Shown one piece after another: positions 1 to 10,140 of a stretch of DNA of 40,927 nucleotides. The stretch is taken from positions 1 through 40,927 of the IMG/VR virus record IMGVR_UViG_3300030207_003081. One strand, given 5' to 3'. Position numbers and translations under genes: made by a program. The notes beneath the pieces are model-generated. The model had not been told where the DNA came from. It made no database searches and saw only the letters and a program-made list of their open reading frames with translations. The first letter of the stretch is position 1, and each line of letters starts with the position of its first letter. The DNA comes from a virus (lineage: Duplodnaviria > Caudoviricetes).

Positions 1-665
1 ATTTGTTCGCTGGACAGCGAGGCTTGATGTCGGAAGTCGGCGACGTTGGTACGCAGGTTGCAGGCGTCGGCGATCAGGTCGGTGCCGTTCAGACTGGCGT
101 AACCGGCCTAGAACAGGCGGTCGGCACGCCGGAGGAAGGTGACCCTCGCACACTTTTTGAAGGGCAGTCAGGTCTGATGGCCGGGCAAGACCGGCTTGGT
201 CAGCAAATCGGTGGCGGTGTAGACCGCTTGACCGGCGAGATCACCAACGTCGGTGCAGACCTTACCGCCTTGCAACGTGCATCTGATGCGTACCAGCGCG
301 AAGCACAGCGTCAGCGTACCCTCGCTGCACAGGCTGGCCAGACAGGACGTGAGCAACTCCAACGTCAGGTTGCCGGCGTCGGTCAGCAGGCCAACCGCGT
401 AGCCGAGGCACAGGCTGCCCAGCGCCTTGCCGCCACCCCACGCGGCATGATGCAGATGGCCACGGGCGTTGCGCCGACTGCTGGTCCGCAGATTGCAGCA
501 CAGACTGCCCAGGCCGCACAGCAAGGCTTCCGTCCGCCGGCTCAAGGCGTGCCCGCGCCGGTCTCGCCACTCGGCCCGCAGGCGCAAGACCCGCGTGATT
601 TGGTGACGCAACTGCAACAACTGCAAGCGCAGCAAGCCGGTTTAATGGCACAGCTAGGTATTTAA
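1..665 (+). CDS. Virion-associated Gln/Gly/Ala-rich protein, 5'-truncated by window edge
   Basis: Open frame from window start to TAA at 663-665; low-complexity Q/G/A composition; upstream of other internal virion genes. Confidence 0.6.
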   Translation, partial: LFAGQRGLMSEVGDVGTQVAGVGDQVGAVQTGVTGLEQAVGTPEEGDPRTLFEGQSGLMAGQDRLGQQIGGGVDRLTGEITNVGADLTALQRASDAYQREAQRQRTLAAQAGQTGREQLQRQVAGVGQQANRVAEAQAAQRLAATPRGMMQMATGVAPTAGPQIAAQTAQAAQQGFRPPAQGVPAPVSPLGPQAQDPRDLVTQLQQLQAQQAGLMAQLGI

Positions 666-680
666 CGAAAGTTAACTGAT

Positions 681-2432
681 ATGACCGAAGAGCAAATACG
701 CGGCAAAATTCTGCTCCTACAAGAAAAGGCAAGCGGAGAAGAAGGAGGACTCGCTCCTTTTGAACAGCAGGAGTTGGCAGATCTCCAGCAGCAACTCACT
801 GATCTCACAACGGCTGCGACGCAACAGGCCGAGGCGACCGCTGCGTCGTTACCGACTGGTATCACACAAGATAATCTATCTCGTTTTGTCGAGACAGACG
901 CCGACGGCAACCCTATCGTCAAAGTGGATGCCACCACAAACCAGCAGTACTACGACATCCGTGAGGATCTAGCAGGTGGCGAGATTACCGACCGGCGTCT
1001 TGGCCTTGAGGGCGTGAACACTGGTGTGACCAGTGAACAGCTAACCACTCGTGCAGACGCCCGTGAGAAGGGCTTCCAGGGCGACATGCGCGACCAACTG
1101 GTCAGCAACTTTGTCACGGACGATGCAGGGCGTCGGGGCCTGGTAGATCCGTTTGGTTTTCAAACTGCGCTAGGTCAAACAAAAGATATCATCGACGACC
1201 CGGCCGGGACCATGCCCGAGGGCGCAACGTATGACCCCGCGCTGCTAGATGCACAGGCACCTGGCACGACGGTTGACCCCAACCAGTTCCAACTTAACCA
1301 ACAGGAAGCCGTGAGCACCGCTTTAGCTCAAGCACAGGACGCAACACGGGTCGCCGAAAAAGCCGCAAAAGAATACAACGCGACCACTGCTTTTAACAAA
1401 GTGCAACAACAAAATATGCAGGCCGAGCAAGTTGCGCGCGATATTCGTATGGTGCAGGCTCAACAGGCGCAGGTCGAAGAGCAGGCAACTGTCCGAGGAC
1501 AGCTAGGCCAGTTGATGAGAGATTTTGAAGGGGATCAAGTCCCTGCGTGGGCGTCTGCGTCTGTCCGTAAAGCAGAGCAAATTATGGCGGCACGGGGTTT
1601 AGGTGCATCTAGTATCGCGGGCCGTAGCATTTCTCAAGCTATTATGGAAGCAGCTTTGCCCATCGCGGCGCAAGATGCCTCTACTTTCGCGCAGTTTGCG
1701 CAACAAAACCTTTCTAATAGGCAACAGGCAGAGTTACAGAACGCGGCTAATTTGCTGACGGTCGATATTAAAAATCTAGAAGCTAGACAACAGACAGCGG
1801 TTCTTAATACACAAAATCGTGTCCAGGCTTTGTTTACAGACCAATCGGAAGAAAACGCCGCTCGTAAAATTAACGCAGCTAGTGTAAACCAAACACAGCA
1901 GTTTTTTTCTCAACTGCAACAGCAAGTCAATTTACAAAACGCGGCACAACGAACAGCTATCAGTCAGGCTAATGCGCAGGCACAAAACAGTAATAGCCAG
2001 TTTAACGCTACACTACAAAATCAGCGAGATATGTTTAATACGCAGAACAAGATTGCGATTGAACAAGCTAATGCCGTATGGCGTCGGGCAGTAAATACCG
2101 CAAACACTGCCGCAATCAACGCCCGAAATCAATTCGATGCGGTCAATATTTTAAATAGATCGAACACAGCACTTAATAACTATATGATGGTGTATCGAGA
2201 TAACGCCGACTATTTGTTTGAATCCTCTGAAAACGACAAAGACCGAGCGTACAATACAGCCATTGCCTCTATGAGAGCGGCAGGCGGTAGATCGAGTAGT
2301 CCTGGCTTTTTAGATCTTGCGCTACCTATTTTTGGTAACATGCTTTCGAACTTTGCCGGAACCAAAGCTGGCAGTAACTTAATCAAGTCTGGGCTAGGCT
2401 TTCTTGGTAGCAAAATTTTTGGGAAAGGCTAA
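681..2432 (+). CDS. Internal virion protein (Gln/Asn-rich coiled coil)
   Basis: 583 aa ORF; block ATVRGQL...PAWA...RGLGASS.AG...AALPIA..DA recalled from HMO-2011-like podovirus structural proteins; position in virion module. Confidence 0.65.
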   Translation: MTEEQIRGKILLLQEKASGEEGGLAPFEQQELADLQQQLTDLTTAATQQAEATAASLPTGITQDNLSRFVETDADGNPIVKVDATTNQQYYDIREDLAGGEITDRRLGLEGVNTGVTSEQLTTRADAREKGFQGDMRDQLVSNFVTDDAGRRGLVDPFGFQTALGQTKDIIDDPAGTMPEGATYDPALLDAQAPGTTVDPNQFQLNQQEAVSTALAQAQDATRVAEKAAKEYNATTAFNKVQQQNMQAEQVARDIRMVQAQQAQVEEQATVRGQLGQLMRDFEGDQVPAWASASVRKAEQIMAARGLGASSIAGRSISQAIMEAALPIAAQDASTFAQFAQQNLSNRQQAELQNAANLLTVDIKNLEARQQTAVLNTQNRVQALFTDQSEENAARKINAASVNQTQQFFSQLQQQVNLQNAAQRTAISQANAQAQNSNSQFNATLQNQRDMFNTQNKIAIEQANAVWRRAVNTANTAAINARNQFDAVNILNRSNTALNNYMMVYRDNADYLFESSENDKDRAYNTAIASMRAAGGRSSSPGFLDLALPIFGNMLSNFAGTKAGSNLIKSGLGFLGSKIFGKG

Positions 2433-2435
2433 GGG

Positions 2436-2630
2436 ATGAGAGACGATCTTAAAAAATTAACGGGCGAAGAGGAGTTATTGCCTGTCGGCGGCGCTGCAAA
2501 AACTACTGCGTTGGCTCGTCGTAAACGTCCGCAGACTGCCCCTAAACAAATACAAACAAGTGAAACGGTCTCGTTCCGCGTGTATCAGGACATTATCAAC
2601 AAGTTACGACAAGAGCTATCTCGGTCGTAA
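2436..2630 (+). CDS. Hypothetical protein
   Basis: 64 aa ORF with ATG 3 nt after previous stop, fills the gap. Confidence 0.55.
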   Translation: MRDDLKKLTGEEELLPVGGAAKTTALARRKRPQTAPKQIQTSETVSFRVYQDIINKLRQELSRS

Positions 2631-2646
2631 ATAAGAGGACGCACTG

Positions 2647-3165
2647 ATGTTAAATGAATTTGAAGCGCCCATACCGGGTCAATCACTGGCAGGAAAAGAG
2701 CTAGGTGCATACCCTTGGGAGAGCCCGCCAGACTTCCCCGATCCTAATGATGCGTATTTGTTTTTTATCAATCGCATCTTAGATGACCAAGAGATTTTAG
2801 GTGACATGGCTAGACTATTAGAATTAGGCACGCCAGCGGAAGTGCTTGCAGATGGCATCTTATTTAACGCGTTTCAGATTGGCCAAATCACTCCAGATGT
2901 AACTATTTTACTGCGCGAGCCGCTACAGGATCTAATTAAATTAGTTGGGGAACAAGCCGGCGTAGACATTCAGCCGTTAGACCCGATGATCGAAGAAGTG
3001 CAGGTACAGCTTGCGGAGGAGATCTTTGCCGAGCAAGAGGCCGAGCAACAGGATGAGCCGGAAATGCCACAGGCAATGATGGACGAGGAGCCCCTCGTGA
3101 AACCAGAACCACAAGGTATTATGGCGATGCCGCAAATGAGTGTAGAGGAGCAAGCTGATGGCTAA
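2647..3165 (+). CDS. Conserved virion-module protein (PIPGQSL motif)
   Basis: AGAGGA RBS; N-terminal FEAPIPGQSL...YPWESPP block recalled from related marine podoviruses; acidic. Confidence 0.65.
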   Translation: MLNEFEAPIPGQSLAGKELGAYPWESPPDFPDPNDAYLFFINRILDDQEILGDMARLLELGTPAEVLADGILFNAFQIGQITPDVTILLREPLQDLIKLVGEQAGVDIQPLDPMIEEVQVQLAEEIFAEQEAEQQDEPEMPQAMMDEEPLVKPEPQGIMAMPQMSVEEQADG

Positions 3166-4258
3166 CGGTGGTGGTTTGATGGCTATCGCGGAAAGCGATA
3201 TGTCCCCTTTAGAAAAATTTGCTTTAGGTTTTTTATCTGGTGCAGCCGAAAATCAAAGAAAAAGGTACAAAGAAGAGGCAGATTTTATCCGTGAGAAAGC
3301 CGTGAAAATTGCTGAGAATGTAGACAGACAAAGGGCTCTACTTGCAGACGAGAAGAAAACCGTATCAAATCAAATTAAACAAATTACGGATGTTGCTCCC
3401 GGCCTCGATAAAAGCGTAATCAAAACTATTCTAGCGGGCGGCAAAGATTCTGTAGAGAATTTTGTAAAAGATGCGCGCGCGGACAGAAAAATGTATGCGA
3501 ACAATCCTTTGCTGCTCGGTAAGTTTTTGCGGGTTGCAAACGAGAAGGGCGAGCTAGTGCCGATGGATGCTAGCATCTATGACAAAGGTGACATTAAAGC
3601 CAACAAACTAACTAATGAATTGTTTAGGAAAGCACAAAGAGTGAACCGGCCTCAGACACAAGCAGCACGAGACATGGATGATTTCGGTAGCGCTGTTGCC
3701 TCATTTTTCGGCGTGCCGAGTGATCCGAGGACTTTGCTAAATCAAGCACGGGAGCAAGCTATAGACACTCTCGGTTACGATAGCGCTCTATCCGGTGATG
3801 AGATGGATGCACGCGCCGCTGCGATTGAGTTTTTCGCTACGGGCGGCACGGCTAAACAACTCAAGAAAATTGACCCGGACGTCCAAATTAGTTTTGGCCC
3901 TCCGGCAAAGCCACTAGACAGGGATGCTGCTGCGCAGACTTTTATCAGTTTTCGCGATGAATTAAAGACCCGAGCCGCCCCACTATCTGACAGAATAGAA
4001 TCTAGTACTTTGAGTGCTGAAGAACGTGCGACAGCGGAGACTGCAAAGAAGCTTTTAGATCAATTAAACGGCGCGGAGGGTGCAAAAATCCGAAACGTTA
4101 TCACCAACGATTTGGCCAAGTTCGACCAGGCCGGTGACTTTGCAGGTTTTGAAGCAAGATACCGGGGTATATTGGGGCAAAATCTAGTAAATTATTTGAT
4201 CAACAACTTAGCAAATAAGAAGAGCCAATTGCAAATGCTGAGGCAAAGGGTCCAGTGA
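3158..4258 (+). CDS. Putative internal virion protein
   Basis: 366 aa ORF, GAGGAG RBS, overlaps previous stop; helical character; position before the large internal protein. Confidence 0.6.
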   Translation: MANGGGLMAIAESDMSPLEKFALGFLSGAAENQRKRYKEEADFIREKAVKIAENVDRQRALLADEKKTVSNQIKQITDVAPGLDKSVIKTILAGGKDSVENFVKDARADRKMYANNPLLLGKFLRVANEKGELVPMDASIYDKGDIKANKLTNELFRKAQRVNRPQTQAARDMDDFGSAVASFFGVPSDPRTLLNQAREQAIDTLGYDSALSGDEMDARAAAIEFFATGGTAKQLKKIDPDVQISFGPPAKPLDRDAAAQTFISFRDELKTRAAPLSDRIESSTLSAEERATAETAKKLLDQLNGAEGAKIRNVITNDLAKFDQAGDFAGFEARYRGILGQNLVNYLINNLANKKSQLQMLRQRVQ

Positions 4259-7200
4259 TGAGTGAGCCGTCGTTAGATTTTACCAAGTTACTACAAAGTG
4301 AAGGGGAATCAGAAGATACGCCTCCTGCGTCCACCACAGATGCGCCGTCCCCTGCACCTGCCGGCGACGAGGGCGTCCGCGAGCCCTCTTTGGATTTTGG
4401 TACGTTATTTCCAGAGGGCGTTCCTGATCCTGCGGGCGATTTCATAGATCCTGACACAGCAGGAGAGGGGCGTCGCTTTCCTATTCCCACCCCACGCCCA
4501 GATCGTGGGACAACGATAGGCGACTTCAGTTCGATCTTAGATGATGCGCCTCAGAACATTCCCAGAATGCGACAAGTTAATCCTGACCCATTTACTCTAG
4601 AAAGCATAATGACAAGGATGGCTCAGGGTCTTGCGCCAGGCATTCTACCGGAACAAGTTACTCGCACGACATACTACGTGCCAGTGGGTGGCGATGGTGA
4701 AAAAGATGCGAAGGTTGTTCCAGTCGAAAACCCACGTAAATACTACACACAAAACGTAGCGCAAGATTTGTTCCAAGCCGGTGCAAACGGGACGATCAAC
4801 GGCATCTTCGAAATATACGAATTTGCTACAGGCGTAAATCCACGTGAGGCATACCCAGAATATTTCAGTAAAGATTTCGCGACTAAGAAGCAAATTAATC
4901 AAAAAGATCTTGCTGCCCAACTTGTTTTCGAAATGGCAGAAATGCTGCCGGCTGGTTTCTTAACATTCAAAACAGGGGGCGTTGCCCTAAGTGCTTTGTC
5001 CAAAGGGGCTAAAGTAACCAGGATGTATGATCTCGCTAAAGCTATGTATGCAAACGGCTTCATCAGGCCTGCGTTGAACCCCATTCATTACACGAGCACG
5101 CGACTAGCCCGTCTGACGCCAAAAGCGCTTAAAGAGTCGGCAAAATACGGCACAGCGGGAGCGATAGGCGAACAGATAATCACTGACAAAGAAGAGATGA
5201 TGGAGATCGTCGAAAACGAAGACGGTGTGCTCCTGCCTCGTTTCGCTAATTTGTTGATAGAAGCTGATTATCCGCTAGCTAGTGACCTCGGAGAATACCT
5301 AAAACTTAACGCCGACAAACCAGAACTTGTAAACCGCGCTCTAAAGTTGGCGGACGATCTATTAATCGGCCTTACTTTTGATGGCACAGTGTACGGTATT
5401 ACTCTTTTCGGCATGAAAGTTTTGGCGCCGATGGCTAAAAAACTCTCTGACACCGATACGATCAAAAAAAACGTGGACGAGTTAGCGCTCGAAAACCAAA
5501 CGCTAGACCCTAGTGAATCGTTTATCGACGAAAATACATTTGATGATTTTCGGACTAAATACGGAGAGAGCTTAACCATCGAGCAGCTAGAAGAAATCGC
5601 TGTAATGATGGAGGAAGACGGCGGCATATCTAAGATTTTCCAATATCTAGATGACGCAGAAAAGCTCACACCAGAACTAGCTAAGTATTTGGGGTCTATC
5701 AACGCGACAAAAGTACAGACTAGCGAAATCGAAGCGCTGATGTTGATTAAACACACTGCGGAAGCGCTCCGAGACTCTGCGATCCGTAGAGGAGAAGAGT
5801 GGCCTCCGACCGTTGAGCAAATGGTTACGTCTGAAAATGCCACGCTATTTGGTTTAGAAAATCAGGACGAACTCCTCGCATTACTACAAGATCTCAACGA
5901 CGAGGGCAGCCCGTTAAAAATGCACAGTTTTATATCTGGCGTTGAACTAGGGCCAGATCTATCAGGTGCAGCGGTGTATGCTGTGGCGGCTAGGCGCGTC
6001 CTCGCAAACTCTGCCACTCACTTAGCGCGTATGGCTAAAGATGCGCAAAACGCTATCACCGGACACGAAGACGCCTACCAGATAGCGGCTGCTAAAGCTA
6101 GTTTTTTCCAAGCGTATCTATCTCATCGCAAGATTCAAGAGACGGTCAACGGCATCGCAAACAATGCGGGGCGTCTGCTCAATTCATTTAACATACCAGT
6201 GACAGGAGACGAAAAAGCCGAATACATCCGTAAACTGATGGATGTTGGAGGTAAAGATCTAGAACAATTCATCACTAAATTTGCACAGGCAGCCGATAGT
6301 GATGTGGATATGCAGAAGCTGCTGTATAGCGTAGACGATGAAAAAGTACCGTTTATGACAAAGATGCGCAGCTACTGGTACAATAACATATTGTCTGCTC
6401 TAGACACGCAAGCCGTAAACATTACTGGAAACGCCTACGTTCGCCTCATGCGGGATCTAGTCGAAACGCCTATTGCTGCCGCAATAAACACAGTGCGTGC
6501 AAATGACCCCACTGGAATTACTTTCGAAGATGCGTTTAATCGCGTTACAGCAAATTTTCGCCAATCGTCCGTAAACACTTTTATTGGTCCGACTGAAATA
6601 CAAACTAAGGTGTATCATATGCTAAATACCGGTCGGTTCGAGGAAATGTACGGCCAAAAATTTGCAAAGATAGAAGACGTATACGCACATCTCTCAGCAA
6701 AAGGCGTGAAAAATCCAGACCAATACTTAGGTAACATGGCTCTAAAAGAAATAGAAATGGAGACCATGGCCGGTATGTCGAACATGTTCAAAGCCTTAAA
6801 GCTAATGAAGGCCGCATTCTTTGAAGACCCGGCGCTGATGAGGCGGTTTAACATGGACGCTAACGAGTTTGTAGAGAGAGGATCGCAAAGGCTATTTAAT
6901 AATCCTCTAGATTACGTTGCTCGTTACGCCACCAGAGGTATGGGTGCATTCGATGCATTTTTTAAATCACTAAGTCAAAACGCTGCCCTGCATGAGGGCG
7001 CAGGCCGAATGATTCGTAATATGCGAATAGAAATACAAGAAAGTGGTAAGCCTATTACTCTAAAATTAGGCGACGGAACGACAGCAGTAGTGACCGAAAG
7101 AATGCTAGATCCAAATCTGGGCAATGGCGAAGTGGTCGCACAATTGATGAACAAAATTGTTTCTAGCCCACCTAAAACTCTTTTAGATTACGCAAATGCG

Positions 7201-8751
7201 GAGATGCGTAGAGATGTTTTTCAAGAGGATACTATCGTCAATCGATCAATTACAGGTATCCGGAACATCATGGACAAACTCCCGCTTCTGCCACTAGGCA
7301 CCATGTTAGCACCGTTCATCCGAACACCCGTAAATCTAGTGATCTATAACATCGACCGTGTGCCGCTGGTGGCGCTTTTAAATTCTCGTAATCGGGCAGA
7401 ATTAAAAGGGCCTACTGCCGCCAGAGACATGCAGTTAGCTCGACGATCTGCGGGTGTGGCAGTGCTATCTCTAGGGTATTATCTTGCTCAAGAAGGTTTA
7501 ATTACGGGCGGCGAACATTTTGATCCTAAACAAAGACAACTCCAGCAGACGACTGGTTTTCGCCCGTATGCTTACGTGGATAAAGAAACGGGCAAGCATT
7601 ACACGATGACTAGGTTCGACCCGGCAACAATGCTACTTGGTTTCGGAGCAAACATCTACAGATCCTATTATCAATTTTTAAACGACCCTAATTTGACTGA
7701 GGCCGAACGGCAAGATGCTGGAAAACGCATAGCATCCATGGCACACAGTTTGTACAAAACAACGGCCACACTCATGTCAGACCGATTGTTCCTACAGTCG
7801 CTGTCAGAAGTCGCAAATATTTTCGGCAATCCATACGTTGAGGATAAATTAAGTTACGCAGGTGAACAGCTAGCTAAAATTGTTGGTAATGCGGCCAGCG
7901 GCATGGTCCCGTTTTCGACGCTAGTCAGTCGCGCGGCTGAGGCGATCAATTTAACATCTAAGGAAATGCAAAATAAAGACGAGTACTATAAAAAGTTTTC
8001 GTTAGACGAGAGGGTAAAATTACGTCGCGATGCTTTTGCCGCATATGACGCTAATATGTTTGCTAACGCAGCAGTCAGAGAAGAATCTATTTTCCAAGGC
8101 ACGATGGAAAAAGTTCTTGTTTTAGCAACTCGTCGCTTTCCCGGCGTGCAAACAGCCCTTGTCGGTGATCTATTCCCAAAAGTCGATCAGTTTGGTCGAG
8201 AGAGACCACGGGACATTCCGATCCCAATTGGAGTGCCGGTTACTAGGACAGGGGCAAATCCGCCTCTGCGTCTAGTTACCGATGAGTCGGGTGACGAGCG
8301 AAAGGATATCGATGAGCTTGCCTTTTTATCGCACGAATTGATTAGATATGGCTTTAACGACGTGCGAGTAGATCGAGATATTGTGACAAACCAAGGCGTA
8401 AAAATACGCCTTAATGCTAAACAATATTACTACAGATCTAAAATTCAAGGCACGCACATGGCAAATCAATTACGGAATTTTTTTGTGCAGGAAGGACATG
8501 AGGACGGCACGTACAGCACCGAATATATCAAAGAAAAAATCAGGGCTATACAAACACATTCCAAAGAGTACGCAACAGCATTAGTGTTGCGGCATTTCGA
8601 TGACCTAGAAGATACGGGCAAACAGCGTATCAAAGCCAAAACTCTAATGGAAACAAAAGAGGCGGCAGACGAAACAGCATTAGAAACTTATGACAAAATT
8701 CGTGAGCTATCAAAACAAGGCTCTAAAATACAACTGAGAGACCCACAATGA
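4255..8751 (+). CDS. Large internal virion (ejection) protein
   Basis: 1498 aa ORF, last structural gene before lysis; motifs PFIRTPVN, GLITGG, GFRPYA and RFDP typical of large podovirus internal proteins. Confidence 0.7.
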   Translation: MMSEPSLDFTKLLQSEGESEDTPPASTTDAPSPAPAGDEGVREPSLDFGTLFPEGVPDPAGDFIDPDTAGEGRRFPIPTPRPDRGTTIGDFSSILDDAPQNIPRMRQVNPDPFTLESIMTRMAQGLAPGILPEQVTRTTYYVPVGGDGEKDAKVVPVENPRKYYTQNVAQDLFQAGANGTINGIFEIYEFATGVNPREAYPEYFSKDFATKKQINQKDLAAQLVFEMAEMLPAGFLTFKTGGVALSALSKGAKVTRMYDLAKAMYANGFIRPALNPIHYTSTRLARLTPKALKESAKYGTAGAIGEQIITDKEEMMEIVENEDGVLLPRFANLLIEADYPLASDLGEYLKLNADKPELVNRALKLADDLLIGLTFDGTVYGITLFGMKVLAPMAKKLSDTDTIKKNVDELALENQTLDPSESFIDENTFDDFRTKYGESLTIEQLEEIAVMMEEDGGISKIFQYLDDAEKLTPELAKYLGSINATKVQTSEIEALMLIKHTAEALRDSAIRRGEEWPPTVEQMVTSENATLFGLENQDELLALLQDLNDEGSPLKMHSFISGVELGPDLSGAAVYAVAARRVLANSATHLARMAKDAQNAITGHEDAYQIAAAKASFFQAYLSHRKIQETVNGIANNAGRLLNSFNIPVTGDEKAEYIRKLMDVGGKDLEQFITKFAQAADSDVDMQKLLYSVDDEKVPFMTKMRSYWYNNILSALDTQAVNITGNAYVRLMRDLVETPIAAAINTVRANDPTGITFEDAFNRVTANFRQSSVNTFIGPTEIQTKVYHMLNTGRFEEMYGQKFAKIEDVYAHLSAKGVKNPDQYLGNMALKEIEMETMAGMSNMFKALKLMKAAFFEDPALMRRFNMDANEFVERGSQRLFNNPLDYVARYATRGMGAFDAFFKSLSQNAALHEGAGRMIRNMRIEIQESGKPITLKLGDGTTAVVTERMLDPNLGNGEVVAQLMNKIVSSPPKTLLDYANAEMRRDVFQEDTIVNRSITGIRNIMDKLPLLPLGTMLAPFIRTPVNLVIYNIDRVPLVALLNSRNRAELKGPTAARDMQLARRSAGVAVLSLGYYLAQEGLITGGEHFDPKQRQLQQTTGFRPYAYVDKETGKHYTMTRFDPATMLLGFGANIYRSYYQFLNDPNLTEAERQDAGKRIASMAHSLYKTTATLMSDRLFLQSLSEVANIFGNPYVEDKLSYAGEQLAKIVGNAASGMVPFSTLVSRAAEAINLTSKEMQNKDEYYKKFSLDERVKLRRDAFAAYDANMFANAAVREESIFQGTMEKVLVLATRRFPGVQTALVGDLFPKVDQFGRERPRDIPIPIGVPVTRTGANPPLRLVTDESGDERKDIDELAFLSHELIRYGFNDVRVDRDIVTNQGVKIRLNAKQYYYRSKIQGTHMANQLRNFFVQEGHEDGTYSTEYIKEKIRAIQTHSKEYATALVLRHFDDLEDTGKQRIKAKTLMETKEAADETALETYDKIRELSKQGSKIQLRDPQ

Positions 8752-9197
8752 TTACAATAATCGGCTCGCTAATCGGGTTCGGCACGAGTCTGCTTCCGCG
8801 CGTGTTCGACATGTTCCAAGATTGGCAGGACCGGAAGCAAGAGCTAGAGATCATGGACCGCCAGATTAAGATGGCGGAAATGCGGCACACGCAGAAGCTA
8901 GAGCAACTAAATGTGCAGGCCGATATCGCCGAGAGCAAGGCGATCTACAAGCATGCCAGCAAAATGAAAAACGATGGCTGGGTGGGTAGCTTACGCGCTT
9001 CAGTCCGTCCGATACTCACGTACTTATTCTTTGCGGTGTTCGCTATCGTGAAAGGCGCCGCCTTGTATGCAGCTATCGCATACGACCATCAAGATCCTGT
9101 GACCGCCATCTCGCTGCTATGGGATGAAGAGACCGCCGGCATCTTCAGTGCTATCGTCGCGTTCTGGTTTGGGTCACGTACCCTGGCGCGTAAGTAA
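8748..9197 (+). CDS. Holin-like membrane protein (3TM-type)
   Basis: Hydrophobic segments, WV..LRASVRP.LTY and FWFGSR motifs; directly precedes lysozyme. Confidence 0.7.
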   Translation: MITIIGSLIGFGTSLLPRVFDMFQDWQDRKQELEIMDRQIKMAEMRHTQKLEQLNVQADIAESKAIYKHASKMKNDGWVGSLRASVRPILTYLFFAVFAIVKGAALYAAIAYDHQDPVTAISLLWDEETAGIFSAIVAFWFGSRTLARK

Positions 9198-9649
9198 TGT
9201 CTCGGCGGCCTACGCCCGACTGCGGCCTCGACCTAATCAAACACTTCGAGGGCTGGTCTGCTACGCCTTACATGTGCCCGGCGGCACATCCCACTATTGC
9301 GTGGGGGGCAATCTGGGGGCTGGACGGCAAGCGCGTTACCATGAGCCACCCTGCCGTGACCAAGGAGCAGGGCACCGACCTGCTGAGGCGCGACCTCAAG
9401 ATCTGTGAGAGATCGGTTATTCAACTAATTAACACGGAACTTAGCGACGAGCAGTATGCGGCGCTAGTGTCATTCTGCTTCAACTTAGGCAGTGGTTCCC
9501 TGGAGTGTTCCACTTTGCGTAAAAAACTAAATCGCGGCGACTACGATGGTGCCGCACGAGAATTTGGCCGCTGGGTGTTCGCCGGGGGAAAGCGACTACG
9601 CGGCCTGGTTCTCAGGCGACGAGCAGAGATGGAGTTATTTTTAGAGTGA
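9197..9649 (+). CDS. Endolysin, GH24 phage lysozyme
   Basis: LIKHFEG...Y.CPA..PTI.WG catalytic segment, ALVSFCFNLG, STLRKKLN, GL..RR.AE. Confidence 0.92.
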   Translation: MSRRPTPDCGLDLIKHFEGWSATPYMCPAAHPTIAWGAIWGLDGKRVTMSHPAVTKEQGTDLLRRDLKICERSVIQLINTELSDEQYAALVSFCFNLGSGSLECSTLRKKLNRGDYDGAAREFGRWVFAGGKRLRGLVLRRRAEMELFLE

Positions 9650-9798
9650 CTCCGTGCAAAGGGGTTTGCAACTACTGCCCTAAGACGGATCAGTGCCTGA
9701 CGTGCAAGCGCAGCTTAGAGCACATCACGAACTGGCGCACGTACTCTGCTTATGAACGACGTGAGATAATGCGTTTATTGAAACAAATAAACGACTGA
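9646..9798 (+). CDS. DUF1289-like small Cys-rich protein (not in ORF track)
   Basis: Manual translation MTPCKGVCNYCPKTDQCLTCKRSLEHITNW...; GTGA overlap with lysozyme stop; PCxxVC...CxxCxR...I..W pattern. Confidence 0.75.
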   Translation: MTPCKGVCNYCPKTDQCLTCKRSLEHITNWRTYSAYERREIMRLLKQIND

Positions 9799-9903
9799 CT
9801 ACATGCAGAGATCTTCATACTTCAATGTATGCAGCCGATGCACCGAAAGGTCTCGGCTTTTCTTTTGCCCGCCCCATATCTTTTTTAACCAATTAATAAT
9901 CAT
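9799..9903 (-). CDS. 34 aa micro-protein MIINWLKKIWGGQKKSRDLSVHRLHTLKYEDLCM (not in ORF track)
   Basis: ATGA overlap with the stop of 9900-10139; ends exactly adjacent to the convergent + gene. Confidence 0.6.
   Translation of the reverse strand: MIINWLKKIWGGQKKSRDLSVHRLHTLKYEDLCM
9833..9866 (+). terminator. Putative intrinsic terminator for the + strand late/lysis operon
   Basis: AGCCGA...ACC-GAAA-GGT..TCGGCT hairpin followed by TTTCTTTT at the convergence point. Confidence 0.5.
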
Positions 9904-10139
9904 AGCACTTTTCTCTCTACACAGTATATACTTTTTACTGTGACTGCATCTGGATACTGCGCCTTACCAAACTCCCTCAGTTTACTTAGATGTGTATCCA
10001 CGTAAGTAAGGCATTTTTCTTGAGTTGTAAAACGCAGAGGAACGCCATCATGGGCTTGTATCTCTACTGAATCATCTAGCCATGCCGGGCGGTTTGGATC
10101 TCCAAAAAACATCACGATTGCGATAATAAATATATTCAT
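9900..10139 (-). CDS. Small exported/membrane-anchored protein
   Basis: Start MNIFIIAIVMFFG hydrophobic N-terminus; two Cys; begins 1 nt after upstream stop. Confidence 0.6.
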   Translation of the reverse strand: MNIFIIAIVMFFGDPNRPAWLDDSVEIQAHDGVPLRFTTQEKCLTYVDTHLSKLREFGKAQYPDAVTVKSIYCVERKVL

Positions 10140-10140
10140 A

